Below, one piece after another: positions 35,872 through 45,900 of a stretch of 64,000 nt of DNA (position 1 is its first letter; each line of letters begins with the position of its first letter). Both the position numbers and the translations under genes were made by a program. The stretch lies in the IMG/VR virus record IMGVR_UViG_3300030523_000005; one strand, given 5' to 3'. Under the pieces are notes generated by a model, which did no database searches, was not told the DNA's origin, and saw nothing but the letters and a program-made list of their open reading frames with translations. The DNA is from a virus.

Positions 35872-37125
35872 ATGGCAGAAATCGAGATTCAGACCGCGGA
35901 TCGGTTAGCCGATCCGCGCGAGGCGCCGGTCGGCATCGACATGGTGCGCCGCGCGCGCGCCGCCGGCCTGACCGTGAGCGCCTACCTCAACGAGGTCCAG
36001 CCCGGCGACCCCGACGACGAGTTGGACGCCTACGAGCGCCAGCTCGCGCGCTTCAACATCCGCACCGAGGACGACCACCGCAGCGGCCTGCCCGCCTCGA
36101 CGGTGGGCGAGTTCTGGAAGCCCAAGACCAACGACGGCAAGCGCGACCTACCCCGCGAGCAGTGGGCTACGGAGCGTTTCGAGTCGAACCAGCCGCAGTC
36201 CTGGGCCTTGTTCCCCGAGTTCATCAACCGCATCCTGCGCGTGCAGCCGCTCGCCGACGACGTGCTCGCCGACCTCATCGCCGTCATGACCGGTGTCGAC
36301 GAGCCCGTGTATCAGTCCATCTACCTGAAGGACACGGTGCAGGGCCGCCGGCTCTCGCGCGTGGCCGAGGGCGAGGAATTGCCGCGCCTGTTCGGCAAGA
36401 TCGTCTCCCAGTCGGTGACGCTACCCAAGTACGGCGGCGCGCTGGAGATGACGTACGAGATCCTGCGGCGTATCCGCATCCCCTTGTTCACCGTCATCAC
36501 CGAGCGCGTGCGCGCGCAGGTGCGCCAGGACCAGGCCGCCGACGCGGTCGACGTCCTCGTGAACGGCGACGGCAACAACAACGCGGCCACGAACTACAAC
36601 GTGACCACGCTGGACAGCGCCGCCGCGGCCGGCCCCGGCACGGTGACCGACCCGTACCTCGCGCAGCAGGGCGACCCGGCGGCGACGTCGACCATCGCCA
36701 AGAAACTCACCTACCAGGCGTGGCTGCAGTGGCGCGCGAGCATGTACCCGCTCGGCATGACCGCCGTCGTGGGCCGCATGAACGAGATCTTGCAGGTGCT
36801 CACGCTGCAGATGCCGACCATCAACCCGACCCTGCTCCTGGGCCTGCTGGAGGGCGGCAACGGGCAGGTCAAGATGGGGCGCGTGGAGTTGCCCGACAGC
36901 GAGATCTGGAGCGATGTCAAGCTGATCTATTTGCCGTACGCGCCGGGCGGGATGCTCGTGGGCCTGAACAAGAGCCAGGCGCTCGAGATGTTGATGGAGA
37001 ACGACAGCGAGATCGCCGAGAACGACGCCGACATTCTGCATCAGCGCCGTTATCTCACCATGTCGCAGAACGTCGGGTTCTCGAAGATCATCACCAGCGC
37101 CTCTACCACGTTGTCGCTACAGTAG
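35872..37125 (+). CDS. Major capsid protein (HK97-like)
   Basis: 417 aa; VAEGEELP..KYGGALEMTYE..DAVDVLVNGDG. Confidence 0.82.
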   Translation: MAEIEIQTADRLADPREAPVGIDMVRRARAAGLTVSAYLNEVQPGDPDDELDAYERQLARFNIRTEDDHRSGLPASTVGEFWKPKTNDGKRDLPREQWATERFESNQPQSWALFPEFINRILRVQPLADDVLADLIAVMTGVDEPVYQSIYLKDTVQGRRLSRVAEGEELPRLFGKIVSQSVTLPKYGGALEMTYEILRRIRIPLFTVITERVRAQVRQDQAADAVDVLVNGDGNNNAATNYNVTTLDSAAAAGPGTVTDPYLAQQGDPAATSTIAKKLTYQAWLQWRASMYPLGMTAVVGRMNEILQVLTLQMPTINPTLLLGLLEGGNGQVKMGRVELPDSEIWSDVKLIYLPYAPGGMLVGLNKSQALEMLMENDSEIAENDADILHQRRYLTMSQNVGFSKIITSASTTLSLQ

Positions 37126-37286
37126 ACGCGGACACACGGGCGGGACAAGAGGCGGCGGGGCGTGACCGGATCAAACCAACACGGCGTGCCGGCGTTGTGA
37201 GGATCTGTAGCGGTCACAGGGGACGTGCGGCGGGTGTACAGGGGCGGCGTCCCACTGAACAGTAGAGAGGACGGAGGGCATAGACC

Positions 37287-37340
37287 ATGGCCGGAACAAT
37301 CGCGGTTCGCACGACGCACAGCCACGGGAAGCAAGGGTAA
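37287..37340 (+). pseudogene. Orphaned original 5' end of the gene now at 38028 (MAGTIAVRTTHSHG then KQG-stop)
   Basis: GGAGG RBS; first 14 codons encode the same peptide as 38028-38069. Confidence 0.85.
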
Positions 37341-37348
37341 TCCCTGTG

Positions 37349-37954
37349 TTATTCGCGCCACCGTTTGCCCGTGCGTATCTGGCTGACATGGGTCGGGGAG
37401 ATGCCAAAGTGGCGCCCGATCTCGGGGCAATTTCCTGTGTCGGCGCGAATAGCTCTCACCATGTCCCACGTCAGTTTCGCGCGTGCGCCACGCCGAGAGT
37501 TGGTCGCATTATCGACGGGCTCTGTGTGGTCTGGATTGCAACAGTCGTGCTGGCGGCAAAGATGGTCGAGTTGCTTGCCGGCGGGGATAGGACCACGCAA
37601 CTGTTCGTACATGGCACGGTGAGCCAATACCCCGCCCGGCCGTATATCCGGGGCGCTGTACACTCCATAGCCGTCTTTATTCAGCCGACCTTGCCAGATC
37701 CAACACAGTGTCTTAAAGCCTCTATTGACGAGCGCATACCCTTCCTGGTAGCGCTTTTTATGGTGGCCTTGAAGATAAAGCAGCGGTTGGCCTTTGATGC
37801 GACCAGGGGCGGGACCAGTACGGCGGGATACGGGCGTTTGCTTCCCACAGCCGCAGTGGCAATAGCCGTGCGGAACGTTGTCCATAGAGGAAAGCCTCCT
37901 TGTGGCTGGGCGCTCTTGCTGAGGGAGACACCACATATAGCCACGCGGAGGCAT
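37349..37954 (-). CDS. Free-standing HNH homing endonuclease (antisense insertion)
   Basis: CHCGCG N-terminus; CWIWQG..GYG..LAHRAMYE..LDHLC..CCNPDHTEPV..N..R; C-terminal HTH. Confidence 0.9.
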   Translation of the reverse strand: MPPRGYMWCLPQQERPATRRLSSMDNVPHGYCHCGCGKQTPVSRRTGPAPGRIKGQPLLYLQGHHKKRYQEGYALVNRGFKTLCWIWQGRLNKDGYGVYSAPDIRPGGVLAHRAMYEQLRGPIPAGKQLDHLCRQHDCCNPDHTEPVDNATNSRRGARAKLTWDMVRAIRADTGNCPEIGRHFGISPTHVSQIRTGKRWRE

Positions 37955-38027
37955 GAAAAAACGCCCCTATGGTCCAGTCCCCCTCAGCACTTTCACTATA
38001 GCACCTCAAGAGAAAGGATCGTTCACA

Positions 38028-38468
38028 ATGGCTGGAACAATTGCAGTCAGGACAACACACAGTCATGGTGTGTACAAAGAACACCACATCGACGGAGCGG
38101 AACACCACGACATCCACGTCACGGGCTTCGACTCCGAGGACGGTCAGGTCATCCGCGATGAGGACGGGCAGATACTCACGCCCGTCCAGGACGTACCGCG
38201 CACGGCGGGCGTGTCCGCCGCCATCGCCGAGGGTCGGCTCATCGACGTGTTCGATGAGCGGGAACGCGCGCGCATCGACGGCGCCGTGGAGGGCGCCCGC
38301 GCGCGGCGTAAGACGGCGAAAACAGCGGCCCCGTCCAGCGCGACGGCCACGCAGGTGGCCGTCGCCGGCGGCGTCTCGGAACCGAGCGGCGTGGGCGAGG
38401 CCACCGGCGCCGAGGGCGCCCAGAAAGCTACCGAGCAGGCCGCGGCCGAGGGCTCGAAGGGTAAGTAG
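38028..38468 (+). CDS. Virion head-associated hypothetical protein with recoded 5' end
   Basis: AGAAAGGA RBS; follows the MCP position; first codons AT-richer than the rest. Confidence 0.7.
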   Translation: MAGTIAVRTTHSHGVYKEHHIDGAEHHDIHVTGFDSEDGQVIRDEDGQILTPVQDVPRTAGVSAAIAEGRLIDVFDERERARIDGAVEGARARRKTAKTAAPSSATATQVAVAGGVSEPSGVGEATGAEGAQKATEQAAAEGSKGK

Positions 38469-38521
38469 CGTCGACGGACCGATTGGGATAGACACGAGAA
38501 AGAAAAAGGGAGAAACGCGCC

Positions 38522-39091
38522 ATGCCGTTGCCGGTGTATCAGCCACGGATCTTCACGAGCGCGGACGCCTACGCCCAGGTGCGTAGTCTCTGCCTGCCGC
38601 TCGTGCCGCCGGCGCGCGCCCTGGCGCTTGTCCCCGACGCCACCATCGCGTCGTTCGGGGTGCTGGGGCGCGCCGAGGCGACCGTACTAACGCGCGTCGC
38701 CTCGGCGGCGGACCTCGCGGCCATCCTGGCCGGGGCCGCTGTCCCGGCGCTCTACGCGGGCGGCAATGGCGCGCAGGCCCAGGCCTTCGTGATCGCCGCC
38801 GCCCTCAGTTTCACCTGCGCGCACCTCGTGCCACTCCTACAGCAGCTCATCGCTACGCAGGAGCGCACCGAGATCATTTCCGTCACGCGCAGGATCGACT
38901 GGGCGGCGACGCAGCAGGAGTACATGCGCCAGGGCTACGAGTCTTTGGGCCGGCTGCGCCCGGCCGCCGCGTGGCCGTCGCTCTCCATGGCGCCGGCCGG
39001 CGCGTCGCCGTTCGACCCCGACAGCCCGACCTACGGACAGGGCTGGCCGGGGACCAACGCGCCGATCGGGCGCGGACGGGGCTGGTGGTAG
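38522..39091 (+). CDS. Head-tail adaptor (putative)
   Basis: Position and size after the capsid genes. Confidence 0.55.
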   Translation: MPLPVYQPRIFTSADAYAQVRSLCLPLVPPARALALVPDATIASFGVLGRAEATVLTRVASAADLAAILAGAAVPALYAGGNGAQAQAFVIAAALSFTCAHLVPLLQQLIATQERTEIISVTRRIDWAATQQEYMRQGYESLGRLRPAAAWPSLSMAPAGASPFDPDSPTYGQGWPGTNAPIGRGRGWW

Positions 39092-39981
39092 TTGTGTCGT
39101 CCGTGTACGATATGTTGCTGTCCGATCCCGCGAACGCCGCGACGCTGATGGATAACGCCGGGCTCAACCCGTTGGAGTCTAGCCTGATCCTCTCCAACGC
39201 GGCCGCCCTCAAGAGCCTGCGCAATAGCGCCGACTTCACGACGGGCGTGCTCGACGCGGGCACGGCGATCGCGCCCGGTCAGTTGATCGACCGCGGGGGT
39301 GAGTGGTACCTGGTGGCGAAGGTCCTGAACCTGAGCGCCGTAACCCTCGCCCCGTTCATTCCGGTACGGGTCCAATTGCAGCACCTGTTGCCGCCTTTCG
39401 CCGGCACACGCGGGGTCGGCGGCGCGACCGTCACGATCAGGATGGTGGTACGCGAGGACAAGGAGTCACAGGATACGACCACGGCCAGGGATCGCCTCGA
39501 CGGCCTTGTGCCAGCCGGAATGGCCGTCGAGATTGGCGATCTCTACACCTACGGGCTGTGGGTCTACCGCGTCGACGACGTGCAACCGGCCGCCATCGAC
39601 GGTCATCAGTATGGGCAGGACGTGCATATGACCAAGTACGGACCCGCCTCGGGCAACGCCGCGCAGTACATGCTCATTAACGCGACGGTGAGCGTTAGCC
39701 GCAACGGTCAGCACAGCGTGCCCGCCTACACGAATCGGCGTGTGGGGCTACGCTACCCCAGCACGGACGAGCAAATCGCCGCGGGCATGGGCGCGCTCGA
39801 TCCGGCGCATATCGTGGATGCGCCGGACGCGGACTACAAGCGGGGCGACGTGGTGACGATCGTCGCCCTGGACGGCTCGACGGCCGCGCCCGACCCGGCG
39901 CAGTACCGCGTGGGCCGCGTCACGCGCCAGCCCGACCCGCTCGGTCTGGTGGATGTGCAGCTCATCGGAGGCCCGTCGTGA
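39085..39981 (+). CDS. Head-closure/stopper-like protein (putative)
   Basis: Position; beta-rich with GD..T..YRV motifs. Confidence 0.5.
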   Translation: MVVVSSVYDMLLSDPANAATLMDNAGLNPLESSLILSNAAALKSLRNSADFTTGVLDAGTAIAPGQLIDRGGEWYLVAKVLNLSAVTLAPFIPVRVQLQHLLPPFAGTRGVGGATVTIRMVVREDKESQDTTTARDRLDGLVPAGMAVEIGDLYTYGLWVYRVDDVQPAAIDGHQYGQDVHMTKYGPASGNAAQYMLINATVSVSRNGQHSVPAYTNRRVGLRYPSTDEQIAAGMGALDPAHIVDAPDADYKRGDVVTIVALDGSTAAPDPAQYRVGRVTRQPDPLGLVDVQLIGGPS

Positions 39982-40511
39982 GCGCGTCCCTCACCGTCGA
40001 CACCCGCCAACTGACCGCCGCGGCGGCCATCATCCGGCATGAGCAGGGGCGCCTGGGTCCGGAGGTGCGCCTGGTCGTCCAGCGCATCCTCGCGGACGCG
40101 AAGGCGGCGATGCAACAGGCGACGCCGCGCGGTCAGGACACGCCCGCGACGCCGACGAACAAAGTCCATGCTCAGGATCAGTGGCACGCGACCATCAACA
40201 CCGACGACGGTGGCCAGTTGACCAACGACGCGCCCTATCTGCCGTTTCAGTTCCTCGGGACCCAGGCCCACTTCATCGCCCCGATCGCCGGGCGCGTGGG
40301 CGCCAACGGACGCCCCGCCGCGCTCGCTTTTAGTGTGGGTGGTTCCTTCGCCTTTAGTAAGGGCCACGAGGTCGGCGGCGTTCAGATCAATCAGCGCCTG
40401 GTCGATACACTGGACGCCTCGCGCGTCATGGCCGAGCGGCGCGTCGCGGCGACGGGCGAGGCCGTGCTGGTACGGACGCATGTGGCGTTGGAGACGGTGG
40501 AAAAACCATGA
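39978..40511 (+). CDS. HK97 gp10-like neck protein
   Basis: AMQQATP..W..NDAPYLPFQFLGTQAH.I.P. Confidence 0.65.
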   Translation: MSASLTVDTRQLTAAAAIIRHEQGRLGPEVRLVVQRILADAKAAMQQATPRGQDTPATPTNKVHAQDQWHATINTDDGGQLTNDAPYLPFQFLGTQAHFIAPIAGRVGANGRPAALAFSVGGSFAFSKGHEVGGVQINQRLVDTLDASRVMAERRVAATGEAVLVRTHVALETVEKP

Positions 40512-41002
40512 GCTTTATCGACACGCTCGACCGCCTGGTGGCGACACTCGCGCCGCTCGTGCCCGGCGTCACGCTGCTGGATCGACCCGTGGACATCTAC
40601 GCGCCGGTCCTCCCGAGCATCAACCTGTTTCCGTACACCCTGCGCACGACCCAGGTGTGGCCGGGCGAGCGCGGCCAGGCCGACGGCGACCCGGCCAGCC
40701 AGCAGAACATCTACGGCTACGTGTACCTGCACGCGCCGGCGGACGTGGCCGGCGAGACCAAGCAGGCGGCCGTGTCCGACATGTATACCGCCGTGGCGGC
40801 GCTCGATGCCGCCTTCGCCCGGCGTTCCGTGCGCGTGCTGAGGGACGCCCAGGGCCTGGATTGGGCCATGTCCGTCGGCGATCTCTTCGAGGTCACGTTC
40901 GACCCTCAGGGGCCGTATATCCGCTATCTGGATCAACTGTTTATCGGCTGCTACGGGCGCGTGAGCGTCCGCGAACTTTTCACCCCGGAGGTCTACGACT
41001 GA
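40508..41002 (+). CDS. Tail terminator (putative)
   Basis: 164 aa directly before the tail tube region. Confidence 0.55.
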   Translation: MSFIDTLDRLVATLAPLVPGVTLLDRPVDIYAPVLPSINLFPYTLRTTQVWPGERGQADGDPASQQNIYGYVYLHAPADVAGETKQAAVSDMYTAVAALDAAFARRSVRVLRDAQGLDWAMSVGDLFEVTFDPQGPYIRYLDQLFIGCYGRVSVRELFTPEVYD

Positions 41003-41283
41003 TGAAAGTAACGAACACCGCCGGCGCCGTCATGCGCACGCCGACCATCCAGCCGGAGGAATGGCAACCCGGCGAGAGCCGCGACCTGGCCGAGGCCGAG
41101 GCCCGCGCCCTCGCCACGAGCAGCACGTTTACCCTCGCCGCGGCGGAGGACGCGCAACCGACGCCCGTGCAGCCTGCCCAAGCCGCGCCCGTTGAGGCGC
41201 AACCGCAACCGGAGCCCACGCCCGCGCCGGCCGATCCGTCGCCCGGCGCCTCCGCTGAGGCGCCGGCGCAACCTGCGCTCTAA
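41002..41283 (+). CDS. Small Pro/Ala-rich virion-region protein
   Basis: TGATG coupling; W.PGE motif. Confidence 0.5.
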   Translation: MKVTNTAGAVMRTPTIQPEEWQPGESRDLAEAEARALATSSTFTLAAAEDAQPTPVQPAQAAPVEAQPQPEPTPAPADPSPGASAEAPAQPAL

Positions 41284-41315
41284 CGCTCTAACCACGACAG
41301 AGGAGGACAGAGGAT

Positions 41316-42269
41316 ATGACTGTATTCGCACCGAGCGTTGGCTCACAGGTCATCGTCGCGTATGGGCTAGAGGTCACGCCCGGCGTGGCCGTCCCCGCGA
41401 CCGACTACGTGCGCGTCGAGGAGATGCCCACGCTCAAGTGGGACCCCAAGCGCCAGAACCTGGAGACCGCCGGCGGCTCCTTGATCGCCGGCCAGGAGAT
41501 GGTCGAGCTCGACGGCTCGGTCAAGGGCGACGTGATCCTGCCCGTGCGTGGCGACGCCGGCTGGAAACTGCTGGCCACGCTCATGCTGGACGCCGTGACC
41601 GGCAGCGCGGCGCCGTACACGCATACGCTGACGCCGCGCGCGCCCAAGACGTTTACCTTGTACATTCAGCGTGGCGGGAACTGCCTGTCCTACGCCGGCT
41701 GCACGCCCGAGAAGCTCGTGCTCATGCTCAACCACACGACCCCCTTCAAGGGGACCTTGTCGGTGACGGGGTTGGGCATCCCCACCCCGGCGGCGCTCCT
41801 CACGCCGGTGTTTACGGTCGATCAGGTCTTCACCTTCTCGCACCTGCAGCCGATGCTCCTGCTCGGCAACGGAGCCACGGCGCAGAAGGACGTCGACGAC
41901 ATCGAGGTGACGATCACGTTCGGCAACGTCGATCGGTACGGCGCGGGCGGGGCCGGCTTGCCCACCACGATCGTGCCGGGCGTCGAGAGCGTCGAGTGGA
42001 AGTTCTCGCGGCTCTTCCGCGACGACGTGGAGCAGGCGCTCTTTTTGACGCGCATGATGGCGCCGGGGATCATCCAAGCGCAGCTCGTCAACGGGACGAA
42101 GCAGCTCACCCTCAAGTCGGGGGCGGCCTATTACGACATGCAAAGCCACAAGGCGGCGATCAAAGACGCGATCACCGAGGACTACCAGTGCAAGACGCTG
42201 CCGGACGCCTCAGGCAATCTCATTGGCCTGACGCTGGTCAACAGCGTGGCGGCCGCGTACAGCAGCTAA
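41316..42269 (+). CDS. Major tail tube protein
   Basis: YGLEVTPGV..PKTFTLYIQRG..YAGC; AGAGGAGG RBS. Confidence 0.8.
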   Translation: MTVFAPSVGSQVIVAYGLEVTPGVAVPATDYVRVEEMPTLKWDPKRQNLETAGGSLIAGQEMVELDGSVKGDVILPVRGDAGWKLLATLMLDAVTGSAAPYTHTLTPRAPKTFTLYIQRGGNCLSYAGCTPEKLVLMLNHTTPFKGTLSVTGLGIPTPAALLTPVFTVDQVFTFSHLQPMLLLGNGATAQKDVDDIEVTITFGNVDRYGAGGAGLPTTIVPGVESVEWKFSRLFRDDVEQALFLTRMMAPGIIQAQLVNGTKQLTLKSGAAYYDMQSHKAAIKDAITEDYQCKTLPDASGNLIGLTLVNSVAAAYSS

Positions 42270-42284
42270 AGGAGAGAGTGAGAC

Positions 42285-42794
42285 ATGCCGAAGTTCTACC
42301 GCGCCGACCAGCCCGCGCAAGGCGAGCCGGTCAAGCGCGACACCTGGGAAGCGGGCGACGTCGTGTACATGCGCTCCGCGTTCACGGTGGCGATGCAGCG
42401 GGAGTTGGCCCGCTCCACGCCGCTGCCCGCGGGCATGACCAAGGCCCAGTTCGTCGCCTTGCCGGAGGACGAGCGGCGCCAGATCGTCGAGGCGCAGACC
42501 GACGACATCAGCATGGGCATTGCCCTCGTCCGCATGATGGTCACGGGCTGGACGTTCCGCTATCCGCCCACCGACGAGCAGACGGCGGCCGGTCAGCCCG
42601 GCGACCTCGTGCCGGTCACGGACGAGACTATTGGCGAGCTCGACGACGACGACTTCCAGTTCCTCACCGATGAGGTGCAGAAGCGCATGAAAAGCGTGAC
42701 AAGTCCCACCGACGTGGCCGCGGAGGTCCCGCTGGCGCCGGAGACGTTTCCGCCGGCACCTGCTCCTGACGATCAAGGGCAAGTTCCTACATGA
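42285..42794 (+). CDS. Tail assembly chaperone (gpG-like)
   Basis: MVTGWTF..VPVTDETIGELDDDDF; between tail tube and tape measure. Confidence 0.8.
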   Translation: MPKFYRADQPAQGEPVKRDTWEAGDVVYMRSAFTVAMQRELARSTPLPAGMTKAQFVALPEDERRQIVEAQTDDISMGIALVRMMVTGWTFRYPPTDEQTAAGQPGDLVPVTDETIGELDDDDFQFLTDEVQKRMKSVTSPTDVAAEVPLAPETFPPAPAPDDQGQVPT

Positions 42795-42954
42795 GGTTGA
42801 TCCGCGCGTCCTGGCCCTGGCCGAGACGTGCGAGATCGTTGCCGCCAGTGGCTGGACGCTGGCGTATATCGACGCCCAGCCAGCCGGACGTATGACCGAC
42901 ATGGCCGCCTATTGGACCGCCAAAAACGCGTATCGAGATAGCCAGAGAGGGTAA
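42748..42954 (+). CDS. Frameshift extension of the tail chaperone (gpT-like), +1 frame
   Basis: Frame open 42700-42954 with high GC3 and no early ATG (FRRHLLTIKGKFLHEVDPRVLALAETCEIVAASGWTLAYIDAQ..); the -1 frame is not protein-like. Confidence 0.65.
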   Translation, partial: FRRHLLLTIKGKFLHEVDPRVLALAETCEIVAASGWTLAYIDAQPAGRMTDMAAYWTAKNAYRDSQRG

Positions 42955-42960
42955 GGAACA

Positions 42961-45900
42961 GTGTCGGATCTCACGTCCAACCTCTATCTGGCTATCCATG
43001 CGCGTGACCTGACCGGCCCCGGCCTGCTGGGGGCGTCCGCGCGCCTCCGGTCGTTCGGTGCTATCGGCGCGCTCGCACTGACGGGCGTCGTCGCCGGCTC
43101 CATCAAGGCCGCATCACAATTTCAAGGCATGACCCAATCCATCGCCAACAACACGACGATGGGGCAGGGTGGGCTCGACCGGATGCGCAAGACAATCCTG
43201 GCGTTGGGCAACGACTCCAATGTGCCGCTCGACCAGCTCGGGCAGGGCTACATGCGCGCCACGAACCTGGGCTACGGCGCCAGGGACGCGACGGACATCC
43301 TGACGTCGGCGATGAAGAGCGCGGCGTCGACGGGTTCCAACACAGCCGATACCACGAACACGCTCGCCTCCGTGATGCACGAGTTCAACCTCCAGGGCGC
43401 CGCCGCGGCGAAGACGATGGACATCCTGCACCTCGCCAGCGCGCAGGGCAACACCACGCTTGAGCAATTCACCACCGGGGGCAACAAGGCCATCGCCATG
43501 GCCGCTAACCTGGGCGTGCCGCTCGACCAGGTAACGGCCGCGCTCTCGGCGATGACGCGCCACGGCAACATCGCCAACGCCTCAACGACGATCGTTGGCA
43601 TGCTCTCCAAGATCGTGAACCCGGCGAAGTCGGCGCAGAAGGAATTGGCGAAGCTCACGCTCTCGAGCGGCGTCGACCTGCTTGGTGACTTCACCCCTGC
43701 CGGCCTCAAGGCGAAGGGCCTCACAGGCATCCTGGCCGACCTCAAAGCGGCGACGGGCGGCAACACACAGGAGATCTTCAGGATCATCCCCGCGCTGCGC
43801 GGCGGCCAGGCCGCGATGATCCTGACCGGCAACGGCGCGAAGGACTACACAGGCATTCTGAGCAGCCTCAACGGCGTTACGGCCAAAAGCGGGATCACGG
43901 CGAAAGCCTACGCGGCGACACAGCAGACAGCCCAGTACGCCTTCGGAGCGCTCGGCAACAAGGTGCACATCTTGGCGATCCAGCTGGGGACGCAGCTGCT
44001 GCCCTACGCGACGATGGCCGCGCAGTGGCTGGGGTCCCACCTGACGAGGGCCGTGTCCCTCGTGACCTCCCACGTCGGCCAGTTAGGGCACGCGGTCCAG
44101 ACGGTGAGCGGTGTCATCCAACATCACACCGCGCTGATTGGTCTTCTGGCTCATGGGCTCACGCTCGCGGCGTCGATCATCGGTCCCATGGTTCTCGCGT
44201 ACAAAGGCTATACGCTCGCGGTCAAACTGGCCGCGGCTGAACAGGGCGCGCTCAATTTTGTCATGAACATGAACCCCATGGTGCGCGTCGCCCTCGTCGC
44301 GGCAGGGCTCGCCGGCGCCGTTATCTACCTGTATACCCATGTCAAGGGCTTCCACGACCTGGTGGATCAGGTCTGGTCGTTCCTGTCGTCGAACTTTGGC
44401 CCCATCCTGACCTCCATCGCCGGGACGCTTAAGACCGCGCTGGCGGCGGCCGTCGATTATGTCCACGATCATAGCAAGCAATGGCTCGACATGCTCAAGA
44501 ACGTGTGGAGCTTCCTGTCTACGACCTTCGGGCCAATTCTCAAGACCGTCGCGGGCATCCTAACCACGGTCCTGGTCGTTGAGATCCAGGCCACGATTGA
44601 TGTGGTCAAAGCACTGTGGAGCTGGGGCGGGACGCTGGTTAATTTCTGGAAAGGGTCACTCCAACCGGCCATTGGGACGGTAGCCGGCGCGTTCTCCGGC
44701 GTGCTGAAAAAGGCCGTGACGGATATCACCACCACCATCGGGAGCCTGTGGCAAAAGGCGCACGACCTGTGGGATATGCTCGCCAACGTGCTCAAGCCGG
44801 CCATCAAGCCCGTCGCCGATGTGTTCACCAACGTCTTCGGCAAGGCCTTGAGTGGCATCGCCGACAAGATTGGCGGGCTCATCTCGTCGTTCGGTAGCCT
44901 GCTCAGGATGCTGGGTCAGAAAGTCTCCACGTACGGCCTCGACCAGATCAAGAAGACGGTCGATAGCATCAAGGCGGGCGACACCGGCCGAGGCGGCTCC
45001 GGCGCCTGGGGAAGCGGCACGACGGGAGTGGGCGCCGGCGCGCATCATGGCGCGGCGGGTATTCCATTCCTTGGCCCATTGCGTGGGTTGGTCGAAGGAC
45101 GCTTGCGCGCCCTGTCCGGCGACGGCGGCGCGATCGCCCCCAGCCAGCAGGTGTTGGGCTACCACGCAGGGTCCGGCCATCATGGACTGACGGCGGCGCA
45201 ACGCACGCGTGCCTGGGACGCGCTCCACCCTCCGAGTAAGCCCAAGAAAGGCATCGTCGGCGGGCACAATTACAACACCGACCTGACCACGGCGATGAAC
45301 ACGTACAGCGACGATATGAAGCTATACCGTCAGGGTCTCATCTCGCAGACGAAGATCCTGTCGGACATCGCCGCTATCGGCAAGACTGAGCACGCCGGCC
45401 GCCTGACGGACACGACCGCACGGCTACGCAACGACGTGAACACTGCTAATAAGCTAACGACGCATCACGCCACCGTCGCGGCTGGGATCAAAGCCAGAGC
45501 CGCGCAAACCAAGCAGCACCATCAGCAGGGCATTGACCTGGGTGCGCTCTACCAGCGCGATAGCATGACGCTGCAAACCGACATGAGGGACCGGAACTTC
45601 ACTGCCGCGCGCCAGGTGGTCGCCGCCATGACCTCCATCAAGGCGGCGCTGGAGATCCAGTACGGGGTGAGCAAGAACCAGGCGGCAGAGAACGCGCGGG
45701 CGTGGTCGGACGATCAACTCTCCAAAATACATAGTGTGGCCACGAAGCCAGCCCGCGCCGATCTCTCCACCCTCTCGGGCTGGGTGAAGCACTGGCGCGA
45801 CCTGTTCATGGCCGATAAGAAAGCCGGAAACACGGGCGGGGAACTGGCCGACCTCGCCAAGTTCAAGGTCGCGGACCTGGCCTACCAGAAGGCCCTGCGG

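Noticed and set aside
42791-42895. Independent gene or -1 frameshift product starting at ATG 42791
   Set aside because: Translation is Trp/Pro/Arg-rich and short with poor codon bias; the +1 frame is the coding one
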